A stretch of DNA of 64,000 nt from Alphaproteobacteria bacterium (GCA_965232515.1 CBDDPY010000002.1:6144001-6208000); one strand, 5' to 3'. Shown: positions 42,151 through 51,404, counted from the first letter of the stretch. Numbers and translations are program-made. Notes: generated from the sequence alone by a model not told the origin.

Positions 42151-43053
42151 ATGCCCGCTCGCGTGCCCCAATCCTGTAAAGCCGGTCGCCTGCCCATTCA
42201 GCACGACACGTCGCTTCTACAGGCGTTCGACAGGTTTTTCAGCGTCGTCACGGCCGACACGCCCGACCTGGTGCGGGAGGCGCACCGTTTGCGTCATCAG
42301 GTCTATTGCGTCGAAAACGATTTCGAGCCGCGCGATCGCAATCCGAACGGACTTGAGATCGACGCCTACGACGCCCGGTCGGCGCATAGCCTGCTGTATT
42401 TCGCACCGAGCCGACGGTTTATCGGAACCGTACGGCTGGTGCTGCCCGATGCCCGGCATCCGTATCGGAGCTTTCCGTTCCAGAGCATTTGCGGTGCGCG
42501 GCTTCGTGCCGTGCGCGACGCGGCGGAGGTTTCGCGGTTTTGCATTTCGCGCGAACTGCGACGGCCGCCGATGACGACAGGGATGCGGATCGCCGCGCTG
42601 TCCGGCGCTGGCGGCGCCCCGGCGACCGTCGACGCGGTCGACGAGGGTCGCCGGATCCTGCCTTATGCGGCCATGGGTCTGGTGCGCGGCCTTGTCGAGA
42701 CGAGTATGGCCAATGGGGTCAAGCACTGGTTGGTTTTGGCGGCGCCGACACTGTTGCGATTCCTCGCCGGCTTCGGCATTCACCTTGATCCCGTCGCGCC
42801 CATGGTCGACTTCCATGGCCCGCGCGTGCCCTGTTGTTCGAACCTGCAGCAATTGCTGGAGCTGGCACGGCAAGAACGGCCGGAGATTTGGCGCATACTG
42901 ACCGATGACGGCAGATTGGAGGTTCGCGGCGGTTCGTTCGCGTCGCCGATCAAGTCCAGGCATCGACCGGGGCGCGCGGAGCCGCGGCGCGGGGGCCGAT
43001 GGTGGCCCAGAGAGCGGCCGCCGTCCGTCCGACCTCACAGTCACTACACGTAA
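42151..43053 (+). CDS. N-acyl amino acid synthase, FeeM/ExoAT (PEP-CTERM-associated acyltransferase) type
   Basis: AGGAGG RBS; RLRHQVYCVENDFE, GLEIDAYDARSAHSLL, IGTVRLVLP, AEVSRFCIS, DFHGPRVP. Confidence 0.82.
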   Translation: MPARVPQSCKAGRLPIQHDTSLLQAFDRFFSVVTADTPDLVREAHRLRHQVYCVENDFEPRDRNPNGLEIDAYDARSAHSLLYFAPSRRFIGTVRLVLPDARHPYRSFPFQSICGARLRAVRDAAEVSRFCISRELRRPPMTTGMRIAALSGAGGAPATVDAVDEGRRILPYAAMGLVRGLVETSMANGVKHWLVLAAPTLLRFLAGFGIHLDPVAPMVDFHGPRVPCCSNLQQLLELARQERPEIWRILTDDGRLEVRGGSFASPIKSRHRPGRAEPRRGGRWWPRERPPSVRPHSHYT

Positions 43054-43419
43054 ATGTCACGTCGGACGCCTTGATCTGACACTGGCGAGCGCTCACTTCT
43101 GGGTCGCACGAATGCTCATTATCCCCTAATATTCCCGCGGTTCAGGCGATCTGAATTGGGGGTCGGAAAAGTTGGGGGATGGGCATCGCCCACGATGCCG
43201 AAGCCGTGCTCGGCGATGCTCGCGGATCGTGGTTAGCAACGCTGCGGAATCGCGATCGCCTGTGTGGCCGGTACCAACACGAACGACTCAAAAAGACGAT
43301 TACGGGACGGCGGCGGCGTCTCGACGAGGGCTGCCCGGCAATCCAGTACGCAGGACTTGTGGGCATCGGCGCGTTGAACCTAGGTACTTTTCCGGGCTCA
43401 CGCGTCTTGCGGAGGAATG

Positions 43420-43435
43420 TTAAGGATTTGTTAAC
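43420..43435. promoter_or_regulatory. CtrA binding site
   Basis: TTAA-GGATTTG-TTAAC, an exact TTAA-N7-TTAAC match about 90 bp upstream of microprotein B. Confidence 0.65.
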
Positions 43436-43521
43436 ACTTTCGGGAATACAGAGTTGGGATGCGCGAAACTGCCGATACTGCTTTCCTGTCGGACAGCCGT
43501 GTCATTGATCGGGACACGGAC

Positions 43522-43713
43522 GTGAGCTCGGACAACGATAAGAAGCAGAAATTCGGGCCGCTCACCGGCGAGGAATGGCTGGAGTTGGACACCTGGGCAT
43601 TCCAGGAACTGCCGCGCCACGCCTACGATATGTTCAGGAAAGTCGTCGAGAGCCACAACGTGCCGATCGATCATTGGCACGACGACAAGAAGCCGGACGC
43701 GCCGGACGGCTGA
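43522..43713 (+). CDS. Uncharacterised 63-aa protein (paralog B)
   Basis: GPLTGEEWLELDTWAFQELPRHAY; about half of positions identical to paralog A; alternative ATG 43459. Confidence 0.75.
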   Translation: MSSDNDKKQKFGPLTGEEWLELDTWAFQELPRHAYDMFRKVVESHNVPIDHWHDDKKPDAPDG

Positions 43714-43718
43714 TCCCG

Positions 43719-44507
43719 TCAGGACCTGTCGTCGGATTCCGACCGGTTCCAAAGAAGTTTGCCGAGCAACGCGCGGAGCAGGCGACTCAGCTCCCCCTGT
43801 CGGCCGGTACTGGTTTTCTGAAAGATATGCTTGAGATGGGTGCGCGCGGTTCCCGTGGCGACGCCCAATTCCGCAGCCGCGAGATCGAGGCGTTTGCCGG
43901 CGGCAAGGCGTGCGGCGAGCTCGCTTTCGGAATGCGTCAAATCGAACAACGAGGCGATGTGGCCGGCGTCGAGACGCTCGTCGCGTTGCGGGTCGGTGAC
44001 GAACACGGCGACATAATGCGCTGCGGCCGGCGCCGGCTGGTCCAGCGATCGCACGGCGGCATGATAAGAGCGCCTTCCCGATGGTCGCGCCAGCGTAATC
44101 ACGCCGGTCGCCATCTCTCCGTCACCGCAGCGATCGCCGATTTCCCTGATTCGTCGGTGCAGATCCAATGACTGCTTGCGGGTCGACGCACGCAGTTCGC
44201 CGCCGATAATTGACAGGCCGTCAGCCTCAGTCAGTATCTCGCTGCAATAGCGGTTGGCCCAGACGACATGGCAGCCCGGATCGACAACGGCGACGCCGAT
44301 CGACAGCTGATCGAGCGCGGCGAAGCCGGCGAGCGCGAGGTCTTCCGTCGGATTGTCGCCGCGTGCGAATTCAGATTGGCCGGGCGTGGCGGCATGATCG
44401 GTATCCGCATATGACAGCCTGGCCGAACCGCGGTCAGGCGGCCGCCGAGAGCGTGCTAAGCGACCAGAGTTCTCCGTAACGTCCGCCGCGCTATTCTTCT
44501 TGCTCAT
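43719..44507 (-). CDS. PAS-like + LuxR-HTH transcriptional regulator (copy 3)
   Basis: ALDQLSIGVAVVD..WAN..ADGL; LGVATGTARTHLKHIFQKTSTGRQGEL; start uncertain. Confidence 0.85.
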   Translation of the reverse strand: MSKKNSAADVTENSGRLARSRRPPDRGSARLSYADTDHAATPGQSEFARGDNPTEDLALAGFAALDQLSIGVAVVDPGCHVVWANRYCSEILTEADGLSIIGGELRASTRKQSLDLHRRIREIGDRCGDGEMATGVITLARPSGRRSYHAAVRSLDQPAPAAAHYVAVFVTDPQRDERLDAGHIASLFDLTHSESELAARLAAGKRLDLAAAELGVATGTARTHLKHIFQKTSTGRQGELSRLLRALLGKLLWNRSESDDRS

Positions 44508-44856
44508 GGGTCCTCGGCCTCCCTGCCCCTGGAGACGGGCTCGAAACCCCAACAAGATCACCGAAGCGAGTTATGGCCGCTGTCGGTGTATCGGCTCTGA
44601 AAACATCAACGCACCGAGCTTGCACCAAGCGGCGGATTGGTGCGTCATTCGATCGGTGGGCCGTCTACGCGTCGCTGCCGATGCTAACCGGTCGCTCTCT
44701 TGCCCAACCGCGGCCGATCGAATGAAAACCGAAAGATCAATATAACGAGTTTCTTATCGACGGTCGACAACTTCGCCGGCCGCGCGTTTTGCCCCGTGCC
44801 GATGTCGTATTGAACAGTGTGCATGTTCGTCGGCGGATCTGGAAATGGATGGCGAC

Positions 44857-45564
44857 ATGGGATCGGGTCGTTTCAAAACCATCGTCAACCTGGCGGCCAT
44901 ATTGGGGTTGCTGGCGGCCTGTTCGAAAGACGACGCGAATCCGGTAACGGCCGACGGCGCCGGCGACGAGATTAGCGTGATGGATTTCACCGAACCGTTC
45001 CCGCTCGACCCGCCGCCCGAAGGTTGGCGCCACCGGACCTTCTGGACCCGGCCGGCCATGGAAATCGGGTTCGCCGACAAGGACGGCGTCAAGGCGTTGC
45101 GCTGCGAGACGGATGGCAGCGGCTCGATCTTCGGCCGCAACACCGACGTCGCACTCGCGGACTATCCGCTGCTGGCCTGGCGCTGGCATGTGGAACTGCC
45201 GATCGACAGCGATCTCGATGAAGCGACCGAAGCCGGCGACGACCACCCGGCGCGCCTGTTCATTCGCATCGACGACGGGGCGGGCGAGGAACGCTACCTC
45301 GAGATTATTTGGAGCAACCGGAAGTACGCGCCTGGCGACTACAAGTATATCGGCGACTTTCCGCACTATGTGGCCAACGGACACGACGAAAACGCCGGCC
45401 GCTGGCATGACGAGCAGGTCGATCTGCTGGCGATCTATCGGACGATCACCAAGCGTGACGACGCGCCGCGGGTGAAGCTGATCGCCATTTTCTGCGACAG
45501 CGACGATACCGGCAGCCGCAGCATCGCCTATTTCGCCGACGTGCGCCTGCGGCGCGCGGATTAA
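44857..45564 (+). CDS. DUF3047-like lipoprotein
   Basis: Lipobox LAAC; YPLLAWRWHV, GDDHPARLF, DSDDTGS..AYFAD. Confidence 0.78.
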   Translation: MGSGRFKTIVNLAAILGLLAACSKDDANPVTADGAGDEISVMDFTEPFPLDPPPEGWRHRTFWTRPAMEIGFADKDGVKALRCETDGSGSIFGRNTDVALADYPLLAWRWHVELPIDSDLDEATEAGDDHPARLFIRIDDGAGEERYLEIIWSNRKYAPGDYKYIGDFPHYVANGHDENAGRWHDEQVDLLAIYRTITKRDDAPRVKLIAIFCDSDDTGSRSIAYFADVRLRRAD

Positions 45565-45634
45565 GGGAATGTTGAGGCTGGCCGGCTAGGCTTTCCGGCT
45601 CTTCCAGACGATCGACGAGAACGGGAAACGTCCG

Positions 45635-46093
45635 ATGGAACTTGCCGTCGCGCGCGGCCGGATCTCCGGCCCCGTCGCCATCCTTGCGCTGATCGGATTG
45701 CTGCTGACCGGGGCTGCTTACGCCGCCGGTTTCATCAACACGTTGGGCTACGAGAGCCGCCATGCAACGTTTTCCGGCTTCGCCAGCGGGACGCGTTCCG
45801 GAACCAGCGTCGGCCTGAAGCACATGCTGTTCTTCGAAGGGCAGACATTCTATGCGGCCTATGATGCCGAGGTGCGGCAGGGCTCGCTCCGGATCGGCAT
45901 TCTGGAGACCTTCGGGCCGATCGGCGACAAGCCGCATTTCGTCGAGAGCGTCACCGGCAACAGCCGTGGCGAGGTCGTCTACCGCATTCCCAAGACCAGC
46001 GTGTACTCGATTTATTTCGAGGGGTCTGTTCTGGGCGGTGACACGGGCCGTGGCTACGACGTCAGCTACACGGTGCGTTGGGGCGCGCGGTAG
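45635..46093 (+). CDS. Hypothetical membrane-anchored protein (tandem paralog 1)
   Basis: N-terminal TM; NTLGYE, FFEGQTF, GSVLG, VRWGAR shared with the next gene. Confidence 0.75.
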   Translation: MELAVARGRISGPVAILALIGLLLTGAAYAAGFINTLGYESRHATFSGFASGTRSGTSVGLKHMLFFEGQTFYAAYDAEVRQGSLRIGILETFGPIGDKPHFVESVTGNSRGEVVYRIPKTSVYSIYFEGSVLGGDTGRGYDVSYTVRWGAR

Positions 46094-46112
46094 CACGCCA
46101 GTCCGAACGCCG

Positions 46113-46574
46113 ATGCAGGAAGCGACGAGGCCACAACGGCGCAACGCGTCTATCGCGATGTTCGCCATCCCGCTTGTCTTGGTGCTGATGTGGACCGGCT
46201 ACGCGACGGGCTGGCTGAACACGCTGGGATATGAATACCGGCACGACAGGCTGAGCGGCTTCATGGGCGGCGGCGGCCAGGGCGGCAGCTTCGGCGTGAA
46301 CGATTTCTACTTCTTTGAAGGCCAGACATTCTTCGCGCAGTACGACGTCGAGGTGCGCCGGGGCGCGCTGGCGATCGGCATTTTCAAGCTGATCGACAAC
46401 CCGGACGACCGGATCCACTTTGTCCGTCACATAAAGGACAGCGGCCGCGGCGAGGTAACGTTCCGGATTCCCGAGACCGGTTTTTATACGATGTATTTCG
46501 ACGGATCGGTCCTGGGCCACAAATCGCGCCCGGGCATGGACGTCACCTACTCCGTGCGCTGGGGCGTGCGGTAG
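46113..46574 (+). CDS. Hypothetical membrane-anchored protein (tandem paralog 2)
   Basis: N-terminal TM; NTLGYE, FFEGQTF, GSVLG, VRWGVR. Confidence 0.75.
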   Translation: MQEATRPQRRNASIAMFAIPLVLVLMWTGYATGWLNTLGYEYRHDRLSGFMGGGGQGGSFGVNDFYFFEGQTFFAQYDVEVRRGALAIGIFKLIDNPDDRIHFVRHIKDSGRGEVTFRIPETGFYTMYFDGSVLGHKSRPGMDVTYSVRWGVR

Positions 46575-46586
46575 CGCGACGCCCGC

Positions 46587-47627
46587 TCATGCCGGCTTGA
46601 GCGCGACCAGCATGGTGAAGAGCCCGCCGATCTGTTGGCGGGCGACCTCTTCGAGGCCGGCGCTGGCGAACAGCTCGTGCTGCTCTTCCCGAGTCGGGAC
46701 GACATTGCCCCAGACGAGCTCGTTGAACTGGGTCTGCACGGCGAAGGCAAAGGCCGGATCTCGCAGATCCTCGAGATTGGACGGGTAGGTCTCGTCCAGG
46801 ATGAAGAGCGCGCCGCCGGGTTTTAGCGTCCGCGCCACCGAACCGATTACGGCCGGCCGCTTGCTCTGCTCGATTTCGTGCAGGACCTCGAACATGACGG
46901 CGAGGTCGAATGCAGCCGTGCCACCAAGATCGTCGCCGCCTTGAAGCTCGGCACTGACGCGGTCCTCGAGGGCCGCGAGCGCGATGTTCTGCTTCGCCTG
47001 CTCGATGCCGTGCGGGTCGATGTCGACGCCGTGGCAGCGGACGTTCGGCCAGGCTTGCGCGATCTTGATCATCAGGCCGCCGACGCCACAGCCTACATCG
47101 AGCACATCGGCGCCGCGCTCAAGCCGTTCCTTCATGCCCGGAATGCCGGCGATCATCTTGCGGGCGACGACGTTATGGAAGCCGGCCGTGGTGTCGCCGA
47201 CATGGCGGGAGAAGTCGTGGCCCTTTTCCTGGAACCGGCTGACGGCGCCGGTGCGGAAGAACTCGGGATAGGCCCGCAGTTCGTCCGAACCGAAGTTCAC
47301 CGTCGTGCGGAAGTAGGGGGCCAGATGCCGCGGGTCGCCGGCATCGACCAGCAGGGCATCCATGGTCGGCGCCAAACGATAACGGCCGTCGTCGGCCGCC
47401 TCCAGGACACCATAGTGATGGCCGGTCTGACACCAGACATCGACGTAGGGCGGGTGCAGGCCGAGTTCGCCGGCAAGCGCTTCCGGCGCAGCGCCGGCAT
47501 CGCCCGCCGCGTGAATTCTTTCGAGCAGGCCGGTCTCCGTGCCGATGGCGATGTGGTGCACGGCGTGAAAGCCTTTGAGATAGGTCCAGAGCAGCGCCGT
47601 CTGCGATTCCGGCGTGGTCTCGGTCAT
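46587..47627 (-). CDS. Class I SAM-dependent methyltransferase with N-terminal HTH
   Basis: VLDVGCGVG, GVDID, FEVLHE, LKPGG. Confidence 0.88.
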   Translation of the reverse strand: MTETTPESQTALLWTYLKGFHAVHHIAIGTETGLLERIHAAGDAGAAPEALAGELGLHPPYVDVWCQTGHHYGVLEAADDGRYRLAPTMDALLVDAGDPRHLAPYFRTTVNFGSDELRAYPEFFRTGAVSRFQEKGHDFSRHVGDTTAGFHNVVARKMIAGIPGMKERLERGADVLDVGCGVGGLMIKIAQAWPNVRCHGVDIDPHGIEQAKQNIALAALEDRVSAELQGGDDLGGTAAFDLAVMFEVLHEIEQSKRPAVIGSVARTLKPGGALFILDETYPSNLEDLRDPAFAFAVQTQFNELVWGNVVPTREEQHELFASAGLEEVARQQIGGLFTMLVALKPA

Positions 47628-47652
47628 CGCTGCGTCTCCTGTGGCCGGATTG

Positions 47653-48492
47653 CTACCCCATGGCGTCGAAGGCCGTGCGCAGACCGGCGAGGCCCTGCTG
47701 CAACGCGGTCCACTGCCGGCCGCCGATCATGCCGCCATCGACGACAATGTCGCGGCCGTTGATGAAGCTCGCTTCGTCGCTGGCCAGGAACACCGCCGCG
47801 TGCGCGATGTCGTCCGGCAGGCCGGCCCGCTTGATCGGCTGCATGGAGGCGAAGGCCTGCTTGACGACGTCGGCGGTCTGTTCGGCCTTGTCGTCGTCGA
47901 GGCCGAGCGCTTTGCCGAAGATGCCGGTGGCGATGGCGCCCGGGGAGATCGAGTTCACCCGCACGCCGCTTTCGCCGAGCTCCATGGCGACGCAGCGCGA
48001 CAGATGCACGACGGCGGCCTTGGCGGCGGAATAGATCATTGACGACGACCAGCCGGCCTGGTGCGCGGCGATGCTGCCGTTGTTGATGATCGATCCCGCG
48101 CCCTGCGCCTTCATTACCGGGGCGACATGCTTCATGCCGTGAACGACGCCGGCGACCAGAACGTCCATGGCGCGGTGATAGAAATCCATGTCGACGTCGG
48201 CGATCGAGCCCGTCGGCGCCGGCCCGCCGGCATTGTTGAACAGCACGTCGATGCGGCCGTGCGCGTCGGCCGTGCGCTTGATCAGCCCGGCGACCTCGGC
48301 CTCGACCGTGACGTCGACCTTCTCGAACGCCGCCTTGCCGCCCAGCCGCTCGGCCAGCGCCTGTCCCAGTTCTTCGCGTCGGCCGCAGAAGACGACCGTC
48401 GCGCCCTCGTCGACGAAGATCTCGACGGTGCGTGCGCCGATGCCGCTGGTGCTGCCGGTGACGATGGCAATCTTGCCGTCCAGCCGTCCCAT
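47653..48492 (-). CDS. SDR family oxidoreductase
   Basis: TGSTSGIG, NNAG, YSAAK, RVNSISPG. Confidence 0.93.
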   Translation of the reverse strand: MGRLDGKIAIVTGSTSGIGARTVEIFVDEGATVVFCGRREELGQALAERLGGKAAFEKVDVTVEAEVAGLIKRTADAHGRIDVLFNNAGGPAPTGSIADVDMDFYHRAMDVLVAGVVHGMKHVAPVMKAQGAGSIINNGSIAAHQAGWSSSMIYSAAKAAVVHLSRCVAMELGESGVRVNSISPGAIATGIFGKALGLDDDKAEQTADVVKQAFASMQPIKRAGLPDDIAHAAVFLASDEASFINGRDIVVDGGMIGGRQWTALQQGLAGLRTAFDAMG

Positions 48493-48561
48493 GTCCTTCC
48501 TCCCGTCATATCTGCGGGCACATGTCGGCCCTGATGGCAGATAGTAGTACGGGTTATCCGG

Positions 48562-49896
48562 TCAGCGCCACGCGCCGAGTCGGATGGCGCCGGCGACGGT
48601 CAGGCCATAGAGCAGCATGCCGGCGCCGATCAGCCCGAAGACGAGCTGCGGCGTCGGCTCGGCGGCGACAACGATCAACGCGCCGCCGGCCACGATCAGG
48701 CTCAGACGCGCGACGCCGGCCAGCACCGGCCAGAATACCCGCCGGGCGCCCTGCGAGGCGAAGTAGAGACACAGGCCGAGGCCGAAGAACGCATAGAATG
48801 GACCGGCGATGCGCAGATAGGTGCGGCAGGCCTCGCGCACGGCCTCGACGTCGGTGAACAGATTGGCCCAGAGGCTGGGGAACAGGGCCAGGACGATGCC
48901 GATCGTGCCGGTGACGGCGGCGGCGGCAAGCGCGCCGGTCCAGGCCACCTGGTGGCCGCGGTCGACCTGGCCGGCGCCGAAATGCACGCCGACCATGGTG
49001 ATCAGCGCCGCGCCGATGCCGAAGATCATCGGGATCATCAGGAACTCGAGCCGCGCGCCGATGCCGTAGCCGGCCAGCACCGCGTCGCCGAGCCGGGCAA
49101 CGAAACCGGTCACCACGATCACCGTCGCGACAGACGTCACCGGCGAGACGGATGCCAGCAGGCCGACCTTCAACAAATTGGCGAAATAGACTGCCCGGAC
49201 CGGCAGGCCGCTGAACCGCAACCGGATGCCGGCCGCGCCGCTCACGAGGTAGGCCGCCAGCAGCAGTGCGGCGAGACCGAAGCCGATGACGGCGGCGAGC
49301 GCCACGCCGCCGATGCCCATTGCCGGAAACGGACCGATGCCGAACACCAGCAGACCCCCGAGCACGACCTGACATGCCGATCCGGCCATCAGCGCGCCGG
49401 CGGCGATGCGCATATGGCCGCAGGCCCGGACCACGCTCGAGAGCGTATTCGCAAGCCAGATACTGGCGCCGCCGGCAAACAGCAGATTGGCGTAGGCGAT
49501 GGCGTGGTCGAGGGCCTCGCCCCGGCCGCCGAGCGCCGCGAAGATTGGCCGGCCGGCGAGCAGGAACAGCGCCGCGAACAGGGCGGCGGCGACGATGGCG
49601 ATGATGACGGCGTGCAGCGTCAACGTCTCGGCAAGCTGCCGGTCGCCGGCGCCGAGCGCCTGCGCCACGGCGCCGGCGATGGCGCCGCCGATCGAGCCCG
49701 CCGAGAGCATGGTCATGAGCATGAACATGGGGAAGGCGAGCGCCAGGCCGGCGAGCGCCGTCGTGCCCAACTGGCCGACATACCAGGCTTCCGCCATGGA
49801 CGTTGCCAGCATCACGAACATGGCGGCGATGTTGGGGGCGGCGAGGCGGGCGATGGTGCCGGCGATCGGCGACGTCAGCAGGGCCGGACTGTTCAT
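48562..49896 (-). CDS. MATE family efflux transporter
   Basis: About 12 TM; RLAAP, VGQLGTTALAGLAL, LAGYGIGARLE. Confidence 0.9.
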   Translation of the reverse strand: MNSPALLTSPIAGTIARLAAPNIAAMFVMLATSMAEAWYVGQLGTTALAGLALAFPMFMLMTMLSAGSIGGAIAGAVAQALGAGDRQLAETLTLHAVIIAIVAAALFAALFLLAGRPIFAALGGRGEALDHAIAYANLLFAGGASIWLANTLSSVVRACGHMRIAAGALMAGSACQVVLGGLLVFGIGPFPAMGIGGVALAAVIGFGLAALLLAAYLVSGAAGIRLRFSGLPVRAVYFANLLKVGLLASVSPVTSVATVIVVTGFVARLGDAVLAGYGIGARLEFLMIPMIFGIGAALITMVGVHFGAGQVDRGHQVAWTGALAAAAVTGTIGIVLALFPSLWANLFTDVEAVREACRTYLRIAGPFYAFFGLGLCLYFASQGARRVFWPVLAGVARLSLIVAGGALIVVAAEPTPQLVFGLIGAGMLLYGLTVAGAIRLGAWR

Positions 49897-49954
49897 GCGG
49901 TCTGTCTCCCGCCGGGCCCGGCTATCCGCCGCCCGTGCCGTTAACATCTATCAG

Positions 49955-50002
49955 AAAGGTTCAGTTTTTGAACTTTAGATGTTAAGTTCAAAAAGTCAAC
50001 TT
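49955..50002. promoter_or_regulatory. Tandem operator palindromes (likely for the HxlR-type regulator)
   Basis: AGGTTCA-GTTTT-TGAACTT and AAGTTCA-AAAAG-TCAACTT between the divergent MATE and HxlR genes. Confidence 0.6.
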
Positions 50003-50173
50003 TTTATGTTATTCTGTCGGTGAGTTATTCGTCGGTGTGGCGAAGGGTTTGCGCCACGATCACAGCGCGCGGTTGACGATGGATGTGCGAGCGGGTGTGG
50101 ATCGAAAAACGACAATAGATCGGCGCGCGGATGCCAATTGTCCGATCGGCGGTTGCGTTGGAGATCCAGCGCC

Positions 50174-50686
50174 ATGACCGTGCGCAGCTATGACCGGCAT
50201 GCCTGTCCGATCGCGCAGACGCTGTCGGTCGTCGGCGATCAATGGACGCTGTTGCTGGTGCGCGACGTGCTGCGCGGCGCACGGCGGTTCGAGACCTTTC
50301 AGTCGAGCCTGGGCATCTCTCGCAATCTGCTGGCGCGGCGGCTGAAACAGCTCGTGGCCGAGGGGCTGCTGGAGCGGACGCGGATCCCAGGCTCGCGCCG
50401 CTACGAATACCGGCCGACCGAGAAATGCAAAGATCTCCGCCTGACCATTCTGGCCTTGGCCGAATGGGGGGAACGTTGGCGGGCCGATCCGAAGGGCGCG
50501 CGCCTCGAGCTGCGGGAGCGCGATACCGACGCCGCGGTCGGCGTCCGGTTCTGTCGCCTCGACGACGGGCGCGCGATCGGAACCGCCGATGTCGTTACGC
50601 ATCCCGGACCCGCCGCCAGCGGTGGTCTGAAGCGCTGGCTCGCCCGCAATCGCGAAGGCGTCGCGGAGACCGGCACGGACGGTTGA
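50174..50686 (+). CDS. HxlR family winged-helix regulator
   Basis: CPIAQTLSVVGDQWTLLLVRD, LGISRNLLARRLKQLV, YEY. Confidence 0.92.
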   Translation: MTVRSYDRHACPIAQTLSVVGDQWTLLLVRDVLRGARRFETFQSSLGISRNLLARRLKQLVAEGLLERTRIPGSRRYEYRPTEKCKDLRLTILALAEWGERWRADPKGARLELRERDTDAAVGVRFCRLDDGRAIGTADVVTHPGPAASGGLKRWLARNREGVAETGTDG

Positions 50687-50852
50687 CGGCCGGATCGCCG
50701 CCGCCGGCCCATTTGATCCAAATCATCGCAAAGCCTGCAGGTCGATTGAGACTGGGGTCCGACCGACGGCACGGGAGTCACGGCACGCCGGGCGATGCCG
50801 ACGGTTCGGTGACGGTAACGACAGGGGCGGATGCCATGATTTCGCGTATGCC

Positions 50853-51404
50853 ATGCTGAGCTTGTTTCGAGACACCCGGCGGCGATGGCCGCTTTGGCTG
50901 CTGCTGGGCGCGTTGGCGCTGGCGACGGCTGGCGTCATATTGTTCACCGCCGGTGGCGCGGCGGCGGCTTCCCACAGCGCCGACACGAGCGACGGTCAGC
51001 GGGTCCGGGGCTTCATCGTGCCGTTTGCCGATTCGGCGCGCGGCCGGCAGCTGTTCGTCGGCAAGGGCTGCGTGATCTGCCACTCGATCAACGGAGTCGG
51101 CGGCAAGGCCGCCCCGCCGCTGGACGTCGATCCCGATGTGCAGCATGCCGACATCTTCGAGTTCGCCGCCCGTATGTGGCGCGGCGCGCCGACCATGTTC
51201 GTGCTGCAGGAGATGGAGCTCGGCTATCAGATCGACATGACCGGCGAGGAGCTGGCCCACATCGCCGGGTTCGTCTACGACCTCGAAGAGCAGAAACGCT
51301 TCAGCGACGATGACGTGCCCGAGTTGATCCGCGACTGGATGACGGACACCACCTACGAGCGCCTGGACGAACTGCGCGAGGAGTTGCGCGAATACATCGA
51401 GTAG
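50853..51404 (+). CDS. Monoheme cytochrome c
   Basis: N-terminal signal/TM; GRQLFVGKGCVICH (CxxCH). Confidence 0.82.
   Translation: MLSLFRDTRRRWPLWLLLGALALATAGVILFTAGGAAAASHSADTSDGQRVRGFIVPFADSARGRQLFVGKGCVICHSINGVGGKAAPPLDVDPDVQHADIFEFAARMWRGAPTMFVLQEMELGYQIDMTGEELAHIAGFVYDLEEQKRFSDDDVPELIRDWMTDTTYERLDELREELREYIE

Noticed and set aside
41885-42574. 229-aa ORF overlapping the synthase, suggesting a frameshifted start
   Set aside because: The synthase has its own AGGAGG RBS at ATG 42151, and the overlapping ORF has no recognisable motifs.
42151-43053. Canonical LuxI AHL synthase in a LuxI/LuxR pair
   Set aside because: Motifs (QVYCVE, AHSLL, FHGPR) fit the ExoAT/FeeM type, and the neighbouring regulators lack an AHL-binding domain.
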